Positions 1-11,800 of a stretch of 64,000 nucleotides of DNA are shown here, piece after piece. The translations under genes were made by a program, and so were the position numbers. The notes beneath the pieces were generated by a model. That model was not told the origin of the DNA. It saw nothing but the letters and a program-made list of their open reading frames with translations, and made no database searches. The DNA comes from Camelus dromedarius (lineage: Eukaryota): assembly GCF_036321535.1 (NCBI RefSeq), contig NC_087436.1:86368001-86432000 (forward strand). Reading direction: 5' to 3'. Position 1 is the stretch's first letter, and each line of letters begins with the position of its first letter.

Positions 1-54
1 CATGAGAGGAGGCGGGGAGCAACACACACAGCTTCCTGCTCAAACTGAACTTAC

Positions 55-57
55 CTT
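55..57 (-). other. Candidate 3-nt microexon (AAG) or recursive splice site of an unidentified minus-strand gene
   Basis: Minus strand reads ...ttttttgttcctttgtttccttatctgtgtcTGCttccctcctcTAG|AAG|GTAAGT. No AG on the minus strand from 60 to 121; UGC at -16 to -14. Confidence 0.5.
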
Positions 58-919
58 CTAGAGGAGGGAAGCAGACACAGATAAGGAAACAAAGGAACAA
101 AAAATGCCAGAGAGCAAAGTGCTCTGGAGAGAACATAGCAGGTGGAGGGGACGAGGAAGGACTGGGGAGGAAGATCAGCAACAGCCTCGTAGAGGAGGAG
201 ACAGTTGAGACCAGACCCAGTTGACAAGAAGGAGCCAGACATGGGAGGATGTGAAAGAGGCCAAGTCCCCACGGACAAGCGGAGCCCAGTGAGTGTGGGC
301 GAAAGGCCGGCATGACTGCAGCGAGGGCAGGAGGGAGGACACCCGAGGGGAAGCAGGCACAGCTTTGGAGGCCAGGGTAAGTGGTTCGGAATTTATCTAA
401 AGTGCAGTATTGTGTCTCTTTCTGCCCCTCCCTCCAAACCCGACGTCACGCTGGTACCTTGTTATCTCCTCTGCCTGGCTAAATTGCCAGCCAGGAACTC
501 AGCCTGAGACCAAATCCTGATCCCAGTTCTCAGTGGCTTAGTGTTAAGGACCTAAGGCTTTTTCCCTCGATCCAACCCAGATGGACAGTTTATTCCCAGT
601 GCTGAGACTCACCTTCTTGAGAAACCCATCCTGCTTCACTGTGCTTGCCCTGATCCCTGCCTTGAGTCCTGTGCCTCAGCCTTTGGGCTTCCAGGTTGGC
701 ATGTAGGTTCTACATATTCATAATTTCTTCTGGACTCTTCCATACTTATCTCATCTCTCCAGCTCCCCATCAGGTCCTTCAAACAGAATCATCACTCCCT
801 CTGTTTCTTTGGTGACTCCCCACCACCCTCCACCCTGTGCCTACTACCTTGTTGAGTTGCTGAGTGATTGAAAGCTCCCCTCTTTCCACTCAGACTGAAA
901 TAGCCATCACTGTTGACAG

Positions 920-1079
920 CACCTTCCTGTTTTATGTTCTTTAGAACTTTAGCACTATCTAAATTGATCAGTTCTGTTCATTGGCTGCTTGCCCCAAGGA
1001 GAATGTAAACGTGAGGAGAGCAGGGACCTCACCTGTGTTTTCACAACACCTGCCCACAGGAGGAGCTCAGTGAATGAAC
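920..1079 (+). mobile_element. L2 LINE 3' end fragment
   Basis: agaatgtaaacgtgaggagagcagggacc...gagctcagtgaatgaa resembles the L2 3' terminus. Confidence 0.65.
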
Positions 1080-2186
1080 CCAGCTGTACCAGAGACTTGG
1101 CCTCTGGTGGGTCCATTGGCCAAGTCAGAACCGTTGGTCAGATGATCTGGCTTCATCATGCAGAGGAGAAACTGTTCTGGAAAAGCATTTCACACCGACT
1201 CCCTGGCCTCTGCTTCTTAGAACTCAGACTCTGGGGGTCTGCCAAAGGCATGTTGCTTTGGGTCAGTGGCAAAATCATAAATGTCCTGTTGTGTCCCCAT
1301 GGCCTGTCTCTTGGTACTTGATCTAGAGGTGGAGAGTTTTGGAGGGCTGGAAGCAGCTGCCCTGGGGTATACGCATTCCCTGAAGCTGTGACTTCATTTG
1401 TTTAATTCATTTCAACCATCTCCCTTTTAATTGACCATTTACAATCCGCTGGGACTATAGCAGTGACCTGTGGGGTTAAGAGGAGAATAATGGTGTGTCA
1501 ATGACGGAGCCGGCTCTCTGTGCTCTGACACCCCCCACCCCGACTCTGCCGCCCTCATTGGCTCAGGGAAGATGTGGTTTATATTAGTGACCTGGAGAAA
1601 GTTCGTGCCCTCTGGGAAAAGTATGTCCATGAAATGGCAGAGTGATTAATGGTTTATTTGCAGCACTGACATCCAGCCTGTCAGGACCCTTCAGTGGCCT
1701 TTGATGTAAAACACACCGAGAGGCCTTGGGTCGTCCTTATCTCCTCAGAGGAGAGAAATCAGAAATGAAGGATGGTGGGCTGAGGCTCTGAGCGCCGGGT
1801 GTCAGGGGTCCGAATGGTGAAAACAGACAGGGGCCAGGGATGGGGGTGGGCAGAACTCAGCAGGGTGCCCCGGTGTCTTTCTTTGGGCACTTATTTTTCC
1901 TTTTTTTTCCTGGTATCTTCCTTTTCCATGGCCAGTCCCACGTCGACTCAGACCCCTCAAGTCACACAGGGTAAAGATTTCACAAATTATGTGTGGAGGT
2001 TCCCTGGAGTCATGTCATGGATATTTGTATTTCTAAAGAAGGGTGGGTGGGTGGGTAATAGCTCCGCCTCAGTACTGAACCATTAATGATAATTTAAAGC
2101 TCTCTGGCCTCCGGTTGAAGGAGCCATGTTTCTTTAAGAGAACAAAAGAACCCCCCCAATGATCCCCAGTTGCCCAGGACAGGGGA

Positions 2187-2375
2187 CAGAGTTTGCAAAC
2201 AGGCAGCCTACAAGCTGAATCCAGCCCACAGCTGTATTTTGTTTGGCTCCAGAGAGCTGAAAAACTTTTTAATAGCTGCCAACATTTAACAATAAGATTT
2301 CAATTTCACATAAAAATTTGGATTTCTGCTTTCTCTTGAAAGACTGGAGACCTGGAAAAAACTGGGACTGGGCTC
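2187..2375 (+). mobile_element. hAT-Charlie MITE fragment (MER102-like)
   Basis: cagagtttgcaaac start and cacataaaaatttggatttctgctttctcttgaaagactggagacctgg match the remembered MER102 consensus. Confidence 0.6.
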
Positions 2376-2544
2376 CCTCCCAACAAAAGGGACTGATGCT
2401 GGAGAGAGTTTTTCCCCCTGAATTGGTTCAAGGTCTCTTTCACTGATCCTCCCAAATGGTGCTGTGTATTCACTGCCACTTCTCACTCTACTTGAATTGT
2501 TTCATTTATTCCTAGTCCACTTTATGCATGTTCTGGGTGTGCTG

Positions 2545-2706
2545 TTTAATCCAACTTCTTTGAATGTTTTCATCAGTAAAATGGAGACACCAAACCATCC
2601 TGAGAGGGTGATTGTGATGTTTACAAGAGGTAGTACAAGGAAAGAGCTTAGCATAGTGCCTGGCATATAAAAAAAAAGTTTAGCAGATGGTAGTGATTAT
2701 CTTATT
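2545..2706 (+). mobile_element. MIR SINE, 3' half
   Basis: ttttcatcagtaaaatggaga core and gcttagcatagtgcctggcata tail. Confidence 0.75.
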
Positions 2707-4204
2707 GTAGATATGAATTTAGGCCTTCCACTCAGTAAATCTTCTCTGGGTGTCCCGTGTTGGGCTTGAAACTAAATGATTCAAGTCACCACTTTAGAAA
2801 AAGGGTTCTACCATACTTTATAAAGACCTCCTGAGGTCACTAATACTCCAAAACAGCCTGGATTTGGGAGTTCTAAAGAATTATTTGAAGCCAGTAATTG
2901 CAAATGTTCCACCTTCTGCAGTGAGAATTTAGGAAGCACCAGGTGCCTTGTCATTTCAGAGTCAGTTGGTATTGAGCTAACCAGAGCTGCATCTGGCTAA
3001 GAATGAATCCATACAAGAGAAGAAAAATAGCCCGTAAAAAAAGGATGTGAAGATACTCTCCAGCAGCTCTCCGGCTGCTATTTCCCTATTCTCCTGTGGA
3101 AAAAATGAGGCAAGGGAGAGCAGCAGTTGGTCTAATGAGTCATGACCCATAACGAGACACATGTGGCCTCAAACACTTGACTTCTAGCAGACGTTCTGTT
3201 TGCCTTCCTTAGTTTGCAACTCCTGTGTTTCTTCCCAGGCTGTTACCTACAGCATGGGAATCTGGAGGCAATGGTGCTTAGTACAATTTGATGTGTGTTA
3301 CAAGTAATCCTGTCTATAATCATGAAATCTCACATAGATGCAAGGTACAGGTGGGTTCGTTTGGAATCAGGTCCACACTAAAGAGATCACCAACTCTTTA
3401 TTATTACCCCCACATTATTTTCTAACTAGAAGGAGCTCTTGTACTTCTGGATCTGTGCTTCCATGGTGTTGTTTTCCATCATGGTTGCTGCTGTGTGCTT
3501 AAATTTGCGTGAGTTAGAAAGCTTTTGGCTGCAAGTAACAGGCAGATAAAGGTGTTTTGTTATTTTCACTCATCAAGAAGTCTAGTGTGGGTTCAAATTT
3601 TTTTCTGCTGATGAGGCTCAAGTTTTTGCAGATAGCTGAGTTACATTTCCCAGTGGCACCCATAGGAGAGACTTAGAATAAAACTCCAAGAATAGAAAAA
3701 AATACTCTGATACTAAAACTCTGTTCCGTGTCAGAGAAAATCCTACACTGAGAAACAGTTGATAGTTCATGGGTGAACTCCACTGGGACCTCATTTAAAG
3801 ATTTTTTTTTTTCCTGCCACAAGTGAGAGGAGAAAAGCCATATGGAGAGTTTGTTGATACCCATCAGTCAAAGGAGGAGAGTACCATGAGCTTATGTAAT
3901 GTGGTCATTGTCTAAGATAAATTATCATCTCAGATTTCAGGCTGCAGTGATAGTGGGATGGCAACTGGATAAGCAAGGAATGCAATAACACGCTCTGTGT
4001 TGAGTGGTTCAAGGCTCTGATATATGGAGCAGTATCTGGCACATGGTAACAGACCCCTTCCTGGGGAGATCCCTGGGGCTGGTGTTAGAAGGCACCCTAG
4101 CAGCTAGAACAGCATCTCAATTCACAGTAGCAGTTGCAGAAGGTACAAAGTAAATTCCCAGATAGAGGTGGTACTATGAGGGAATAATGGGCAAGGATCT
4201 GGGT

Positions 4205-4358
4205 CAGCATTTCTCAACATGTGATCCCTAGTCTAGTTGCATCAAATTATCCATCAGATTGCTTGACCTTGCCCACCAGCCCTACATTTTAAGAATCTTT
4301 TGGAAGCATGGCCTGAGAATCTACATTTTAATCAAGATCACTTATAGGTTTGAAGCCA
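4205..4358. mobile_element. MER5-like hAT-Charlie MITE
   Basis: cagcatttctcaacatgtg...ggcctgagaatctacattttaa...tttgaagccac. Confidence 0.55.
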
Positions 4359-4454
4359 CAGAGAGCTGATGAGGCAATAAGAACTCTAGGACTCCAAGGA
4401 GAGGTGGCTTCAGAGAAGTGAACTGACTTCTGCTCATAGAAATAGTCTTATACT

Positions 4455-5305
4455 GGAGTTAAGCTAACAAGAACTTTAAAATAACTATGACTACTGTATT
4501 TAATAGAGGAAAAGGTAGAGAAAATTTCACCAGAGAATTAGAAACATATCAAAAAAACTAGGAAAAAACACATATTACCTTCAAAGGAGCAAAAATTAGT
4601 CTGATAATCAACTTTAAGACAATGAAAAGATGTCTTTAAAGTGCTGAGAGTAAAAAAACTATCAACCCAGAATTCTATACCCAGTGAAAATATTCTTCAA
4701 AAATCAAGGGAGAAAGATATTTTTAGACAAGAAAGATGAGAGAATTCACTGCTAGCAAACCTCAATAAGAGAAATTCTGGAAAGAATTCTTGAGACAGAA
4801 GGAAAATGTTTGCAGAGGAATTGGAAGAAATAAAGAGCAACAGAATGTTGCTAAACAAATATGGGTAAAATAAATGAATATTGACTTAGTATTAATCATA
4901 TATTTATATATGATATTTATATATAATATTAATCATGTTGTATGTGTAGAATTCTGTATTCTGAATTCTATATATATAGAATTTGCAGGACAACATTAAT
5001 GCAAAGTTGAGAAGGGTATAAATGGACTTATGTTTACTAAAGTTTTAGCATTGTACAGGAATTGGTAAAAATAGTAATTTAGATCATAGTAAGTTAAAGA
5101 AACATGCAAGTGAGCACTAAACAATTAGTAAAACGTGAATAAGAAAAATATAGAGTAACAGAAGATATGATTAATAAAAAAAGGCAGGAAAAGAGAGAAA
5201 AAGAAATATGGGTTACATATAAAATAAATGATAAGATGGTAAATAAAAACCCCAATATATCATTAACTACACTAAATATAAGTGGACTAAATATTGCAAT
5301 TAAAT
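4455..5305 (+). mobile_element. Old L1 (L1M-type): ORF1 C-terminus, inter-ORF region and ORF2 start, decayed
   Basis: Encodes PRILYPVKIFFKNQG (L1 ORF1p C-terminal motif, ~4667) and MVNKNPNISLTTLNISGLNIAIK (ORF2p endonuclease N-terminus, ~5237). A-rich with frameshifts. Confidence 0.85.
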
Positions 5306-5319
5306 CAAGTGACATTGTT

Positions 5320-6346
5320 TTAGTAGTCAGATGGCAGGCAGTTATATTAGAGGTTAGAAGATAGTGTTTCAAGTCTTGCAGTGATGAACACATTTGTTAA
5401 AACTGTGCCTGAGCTCGTGTGGCAGGAAGACCAAGTAGTTACCAATTCTTTAACTTTAAAGAAAAAGTTTGGAAGATAGAATGTTAATATTGTGTGTTGG
5501 TTGTGACTGGATGAATTATTAGAAGAAAGAGATGAGTTCAGGAAAGGATTTGCTGATTTGACAGCATAACTAAAAAGGGGTCTAAGGAGTCCTGATATTT
5601 GGATATTGAAAGATTTAAAAAGCCATCTGTGTCTAGACCCTAAACAGTAGGAAATAAGGTAGAGAAACCCTTTGAGCAACAATAGCTTATTAAGATGCAG
5701 ATTTATAGCAACGATCAGTTTAGGTATATGTGTTTTCTGTCCAAGCTGGATGGCCTGAAGTTGGTTGCCATTAAATTAAGAGTCATGAAGGCAAAGAAAT
5801 TTATCAGGCTTTAGAATTATATCGAAGAACTGAAATTTGCAACTGACTGGAAGCAGATAGATCAGAAATATATGGAAAAGCACATTTTTTGAGGAAATTT
5901 TGTTGCCAAAGAAATATAAATAACAAACCATGAAACTGAATAAAAAATCCTTTTCCTGTTTGAGATTTAAAATAACATTTGGGAACCCTAATTTAAATCT
6001 ACAGGAACAAGCTTTCACAGCTGGGAAATCCATGAAACGGCATACTTTCCAATGCCCACTTCAGAGGTAGCCAAGGAAGTCATGATAGACAAGGAAGAAT
6101 ATGGATCTAGAAGTGGATCCATGAGTTATGGGGAATAATAGACTCTGTCTAATGTCCTCTTAGTCAGCAAAATCAGGGTCTAATCAAGAAACTTTTTCTA
6201 TCTTCCCATAGCGATTTTTATAATACCTGTCCAGCAAGATTCCATCATTGCTGTGGCATAATAATGCACAATATTCCCCATGCTTTCTGTTTGTGGATGG
6301 GACTTTTCGTTGTGGTTATTCTAGCTCCACTCCTGACCGTGTATGA

Positions 6347-6381
<35 letters not shown>

Positions 6382-6575
6382 ATGGTTAGTACACAGGTGA
6401 TTGGATCACAAGGCCCACATCTGGATGTGATTGATAAACAGTGGGGAGGAGTCTATATCCCCTGGAGGTCTTGGACTTTAAACTGATTGGATGGGACTTT
6501 GGATTGCCTCCCTTGGGGAGGAAAAAGTCTGTTGTTGATGTGGGAGGAAAAGTGAAATAGATATTTGGTGACTAA
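5320..6575 (+). mobile_element. MaLR internal sequence (MLT1-int)
   Basis: ggaagatagaatgttaatattgtgtgttgg...agaagaaagagatgagttcaggaaagg is typical MLT1-int. A purine-rich pre-LTR tract at ~6542-6570 runs into an MLT1 LTR. Confidence 0.7.
6347..6380. repeat. Compound microsatellite (TG)11(AG)6
   Basis: Read directly. Confidence 0.95.
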
Positions 6576-6579
6576 AGTG

Positions 6580-6984
6580 TTAGATAGTGGCTGAATATGG
6601 TATGTGTTCACCAAAACCTGTTTCCTCTGCTTCCTGAGCCCACAGTCAGACAGACCCCTTCTCCAGTGTCCCTTGCAATGACATGGGGCCAAGTGACTGA
6701 GTTCTGTGGGTAGAAGTGCTTTATGCCACTTCTGTTCCTGGCTCATAGAAACGTGATCTTCCACATTCTGTCTTCATCCATAGGCTGACTGGATGTCAGT
6801 GCCTGGGGAGACTTTAGAAGACATATGTTGAAGGTAGAGCCTCCATCAGCCTAGGTCCCTGAATGACTGCAAGGAGCCTCCCCATGCCCCCACCCTCAGC
6901 CACTGGCCTTTATAAACTTCCACTGTATGAAGTCAAAGGTATTTTGTGAGTTATCTGTTTCAGTAGCTACCAGCATTCCCTACA
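6580..6984 (+). mobile_element. MLT1 (I/J-like) MaLR LTR
   Basis: ggggccaagtgactgagttctg, gagcctccatcagcctaggtccctgaatgactg and tataaacttccactgt motifs. Confidence 0.75.
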
Positions 6985-8239
6985 AGTCATCGCCTGCATT
7001 CTTTGACACTCTTTCATTTCAATTATACGCTGATGGTACAGAGAGCAAAGAATGAGCTCTGACAGCTGGGCAGCTGGTCATACAGAAAGAAGTAGATGAC
7101 CTTGCTGGATTTGGACAACCCAGAGAATCGAAATGGGTAAAGCATATGGTCGTGGATCACTCTACAGCCATTGGGTGGAGAGTCATTTTACAATTCCGTT
7201 TTTGAGCTGTCCGCCTGACCCCGACCCCCAACCTTAAAACTCTTCCCCCAATTCCAGTCATTGAAGTGGTGACAGGGGTTGTGGAGGGAGCGTCCCCTTA
7301 CTACTATTCAAGCTTTATTCCACAATGGGTTTGCTTACAACATGTCCCTCTTAGAGCAATTTTTCTGCAATGGGGTCAACATATTTTTCCACAGAGCGCA
7401 GATCCTGGAAATGTCTGACTAACTGTAGCATCATGTCTTAAGGGGGTAAATAGTTTTGCTATCTGGCCCCAAGAATGTAGGCCTCCTAATTTTAAGTAAT
7501 TCATCTCACAGGGGTGTTTTTGTGTGTTTTTATGTTTTTCTTGGTCAACTATACAGTCATCTCATTCTGCAGCCAGAAGCAATTTGTTTCTCTGAAGCCA
7601 TCCAGCTTACACGTTTTGCTTTCCAACCAGGAAGGGCGTTGTGGTGAGCAGTCCTGTCTGACACAGACTGATTCATGATTGCGTTAGGGAAATAGTTTCT
7701 TGTCATCCTATTAGAATATGAGTTTGGCAGCTGGGTAAGTCTTCAGTTTGCACAGGAACAGTGGAGAAGAGGGGGCTGTTGAGCCTGTATGGGACTATGT
7801 GTATCTGTCTTTTATTATGCAATGAGAAAAAAAAAAAAAAGCAGGTTTCTCAGAGCCCTAGAGCAGGCATGATTTGTCATGAAACGGGAAGCAGGTTTTC
7901 TGGGAAGACTGAGTGTAGGCCCAGTTAAACAGTTTTGAACCTGATGATTTATTTGGAAGTCTGCTATAGGACACATAGCCTAGGGCTGACTCCAGCAAGA
8001 AGAGCTGCCAGCAGGAGGTCGTGCTTGATTCTTGTCAGTGAGAGGGAGCCCCCCACTCCCTGCCCTGCACCTTCTAAATGTCTGAGGTGGATATCTTAAG
8101 AGAGACAGTGTCTTGGATTGTATCATGCTGTTTATCCGAGAGATTCACGAAAATTTGAGACTTGGGGGTCTCGTGATAGAATCTTACCATTACACTTTGC
8201 GACAAGGCCAAGACTGATCCATTGGCTGACCCTTTCGCT

Positions 8240-8795
8240 CACTGTGTATTCATTGAACGGCTGCTGCAGTGGAGGTTCTGAGCCAGGTCCTGGGGATGCA
8301 GTGGTGAGCAAGGCAGAGGGTTTCTGCCCCTGTGGAGATTACAGTCCAATGGGATAGAGGTCAATAAAGAGACTCAATTATAGTGAAGTGTAAGGAACAG
8401 TGTGAAATGGGTGGTATAGTTGTTGAGGGAGGCCAGAGAAGGGTCAGCCAACCCAGCTTTGTGGAAGGGTCAGGGAAGGATTCTTGGAAGAAATGATGTC
8501 TAGACTGTGACGTAAGAGATGTGGCGGGAGCAGCTAGGCATAAGGCTGGGGTCAGGGCCGGGGTCAGGGAGATTGGGGGAGGGAAGGGATGGGCTAGAGA
8601 GTTTTAAGCAGAGGGAATCTCAGAAAGTGTATTGTGGGAATGGGGAGAAAGTGGCAAATGACTAGATTCTCACATGTGAGGCAGGAAAAGTTGAAATCTG
8701 AGTGAAGGCAGAAGAGAGATCTTGCTGAGCCTTCGGGAATGTTTTTAAAGAGGCTGGACTTTACTTCAAGAGAGATGGGAGCTATTGAACAAGCC
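8240..8795 (-). mobile_element. L2 LINE fragment
   Basis: ctggggatgcagtggtgagcaag, gtcagggaaggattcttggaagaaatgatgtct and ggactttacttcaagagagatgggagcta match the antisense L2 3' region. Confidence 0.75.
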
Positions 8796-9212
8796 TGAAA
8801 ATAGCTTGCATTCTTCCTTCAATTTCTGCAGAATTCCTATTTCTGCAGAGGGAAAAGGAAGAGAGAGGCAAAGCCAAGTCAGGAAGCCTAACCAAATCCA
8901 CCGAGCCGGCAGCCTGGGGTGGCAGTTTCGGCGGGAGAGCCTCAGGGCTTACGGGTCCTCAGGACGGGTTTGCGGAATTGTCTTCCTTCCAGCCTCTGCC
9001 ATCTGCCAGTTTTGTTCCGTTTCCTCCCAGATGCTCGCTCAGATATCTGACTCACTCTGAATGATCTGTGCTAACAAGGTGGAGATGGGGAGTGAAAACA
9101 GCACAGGGATGGATAATCCTAAATCCTCCACAAGATTTCGGAATGTGACCACATGAACAGGCACATGTGTGAGCGTGCACACGCCTCCTCACACTCACTT
9201 GAACGTGCATTC

Positions 9213-9308
9213 TTTGTTGTTGTTGTTGTTAATGGAGGTACTGAGAATTGAACCCAGGACCTCGTGTATGCTAAGCACATGCTCTATCATTGAGCTATCC
9301 CCCCACCC
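9213..9308 (-). mobile_element. tRNA-Ala-derived SINE (camelid Vic-1 type)
   Basis: Reverse strand ggggatagctcaatgatagagcatgtgcttagcatacacgaggtcctgggttcaattctcagtacctcca plus (AAC)n tail. TSD gtgcattcttt/gtgcactcttt. Confidence 0.9.
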
Positions 9309-9321
9309 TATATGTGCACTC

Positions 9322-9870
9322 TTTTTAAAAAACAGCTTTATTGAGGTATAATTGACACCCATTTAACTGCATGTATTTAATGTATATGATCTGACGAATT
9401 TGGACATATACATACATCCATGAAACCATCACCACAGTCAAGATACTGAACATATCCATCCCTTCTAAAAGTTTCTTTGTGCCTCTCTGAGTTTTTTTGT
9501 TCATTTTTTGCTTGCTTGTTTTGTTGTTGTCGTAAGAACACTTAACATGAGATCTACCCTCTTAAATTTTGAAGCGCACAGTATGGTATCGTGAACTCTA
9601 GGCACAGCAAATCTCTAGGACTTCTTCATCTTATGTAACTGCAACTTGATGCCCACTCAACAGCAACTCTCCATTTCCCCTCTGTTTGCCTCTGGCAACC
9701 ACCATTCTGCTCTCTGCTTCTATGAGTCTGACTGTGTCAGCTACCCCATACAAGTGCAGTCGTGCCAGTGTGTGTCTGGCTTATTTCACTGCTTAATATC
9801 CTCGAGGTTCATGCATGTTGTCATGGTGTCAGGATTTCCTTCTTTTTGAAGGCTGCACCATATTTCATTG
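9322..9870 (-). mobile_element. L1 (L1MA/MB-like) 3' end
   Basis: cagctttattgaggtataattgaca, aagaacacttaacatgagatctaccctctta and ctctggcaaccaccattctgctctctg. Confidence 0.9.
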
Positions 9871-9971
9871 CTGCACACTCATTTGTGAGCCATCACGGAG
9901 CCATTTCCTGGCATATGTGCCTGACACCAGCTCACATTTGGAGTCATGTGTATAATTTTTTAGCGTCCAAA

Positions 9972-10277
9972 AGCATTTCCCAGGGTATCATTCGTGGAAC
10001 CCCAAGTTCTTAGGTTTTCATGAGATAATATTGAAAAAATGGGATTCTAAGTTAAACAATTCTAGGAGCATGAGTTAAGATTAAATTTCTTTACTGAGAA
10101 ATTGAATATGCTAATGTGTATTTTGACTCTGATCTGAGTCTGAGAAAGGAGCATGATTTGCAATATAGTCTAAACTGTTTTCCTAAGATTCTCCTAGTCT
10201 GCCTGACCACAGGAAATCTTTTTATTTTTTCATGGAGTGTGGTGAAGCACAGGCTGATCGTAAGCTGTTTGGGAGAG
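9972..10277. mobile_element. MER103C-like palindromic hAT-Charlie MITE
   Basis: agcatttcccagggt...aaaaaatgggattct...tttctttactg...aatatgctaatgtgtattttga...tgaccacaggaaatcttttt...tttgggaga. Confidence 0.65.
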
Positions 10278-11209
10278 GACTTTGTGTCTCTGTGGCTGAG
10301 AATGCTTTTGGGGTGGATTCCCGGGGGCCCTGAGAGCTGGTGATTTGCACGTGTGTCTGTGACAGAGGCACAACGTGGCAGACACACTAACGGCTATTGG
10401 CTTCCTCTCTCCAGGAGAGACGGTTGGTCGGTTTGCTAAATTCTCCAGGGAAGCGTTCAGAGAGTGAAGTAACAGGATCGGGGGACTGGACATTCCTTTG
10501 TAAAAACAAACACAGGCACCCCTGCGTCAGCAAACCTCCCGGAGAGGAACTTGCTCAATATTTTAAATAGATTTTAAAGGAGGATTTGGGGTGTTAAACT
10601 TGACATTGAGGGGAGGGGTGAAATCCTTGTTAAGAAAACATATGTGAGACAAATGTCGAGCAGCTAAAAATCCTGGGGAGTTTTGGCACATCTTAATTTT
10701 TAATTGAAAATAAGATGCAGAAAACCATCTCTTAAAAAGCTCACCTTTCAAAAAAAAAAAATCCTGTTGAAAAGAACAAGCAGCTCTGGGTGACATCTGC
10801 TTCAGGACATGAAGTTTTGAAAACAACAAAAATATGAGAGAATTCCTTGGAAACATTTGTTGAAAGATCTTAAAGAGGTTGGGAGTGTATCCTGAAATGG
10901 ACTTTCTCGAAATATTCTTACCAGTCCATATCTTTCTTCATCACCTCTTCAGATCTTACCAGTATCATTGGTAAGGGAGATTCAGATGAAATGAACAGAT
11001 AAACCCATAATTTAAGAAAAATATTAACAGTAACAACACCCGAAGAATAGGAAGTTTCAACTACTTTGAAGACCACCCCTAAATCTACTGTGAATCTTTG
11101 ACCAGACTTTCAAAAATTGTCAGAGAACCAGTTAAACCCAGGGAGGCTAAAGCAAAAAGATAAAGCCTGGATCTTTTCAGGAAGAGAATGTTATTTTTCC
11201 CCCACCAGA

Positions 11210-11350
11210 CGATGTGCCAAGTACTTTCCACAATAACTTTTATGAATTTCATAACAACCCTGAGAGGTTCATGTTATTCCCAATTTGCTAATGAATAAAT
11301 TGAGTTCAGAAAAGTTAAGAAACTCTCTAAAGTCCTTACAGTTGAATGTT
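11210..11350 (-). mobile_element. MIR SINE fragment
   Basis: cataacaaccctgagagg...aatgaataaattgagttcagaaaagttaag core. Confidence 0.75.
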
Positions 11351-11611
11351 GAATTAATTCGTATTTTACCTTGGATTCTTCATGAATGAGTGCAGGATCT
11401 GTGTTCAGTGCTCTGTTTCCAATGCAAAGTTGTCCCCATCTAAATAAATTTAATTTTCAAGTAAAGGATAAAAGCTCTCAGACCAGCAGGAAAACTTCTA
11501 CTACAGTTTTTAGATCAAACCGAATCTTTGGATGAAAAGAGGTAAAACCAGGAGTGAAATTGTTTCTGCAAATCTCTTCACTTTGTTCGGCACCCACTGA
11601 TATATCAGTGA

Positions 11612-11800
11612 CGGGGCATGTTTAAGCACTTTGCAAATATGGGTCCTCCTAATATCCCTATGGGGTAGGTACAATTTGCATCTCCCTTTTACAGAAAAAT
11701 AACCAGACAGGTTAAGTAACCTGCCCAAGGTTTCCCACCTACTAAGTGGCAGAGCAGAGTCCAGATCCGGGCAGGCTCCAGAGTCCATGTTTTTGACCTG
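11612..11800 (-). mobile_element. MIR SINE
   Basis: ttttacagaaaaa...aggttaagtaacctgcccaagg...ctaagtggcagagc...ctccagagtcc. Confidence 0.85.

Noticed and set aside
607..640. Strong minus-strand donor AAG|GTGAGT
   Set aside because: No convincing acceptor upstream, and isolated donors are expected by chance.
7350..7480. Possible MER58-like termini
   Set aside because: The similarity is too short and degenerate to support a call.
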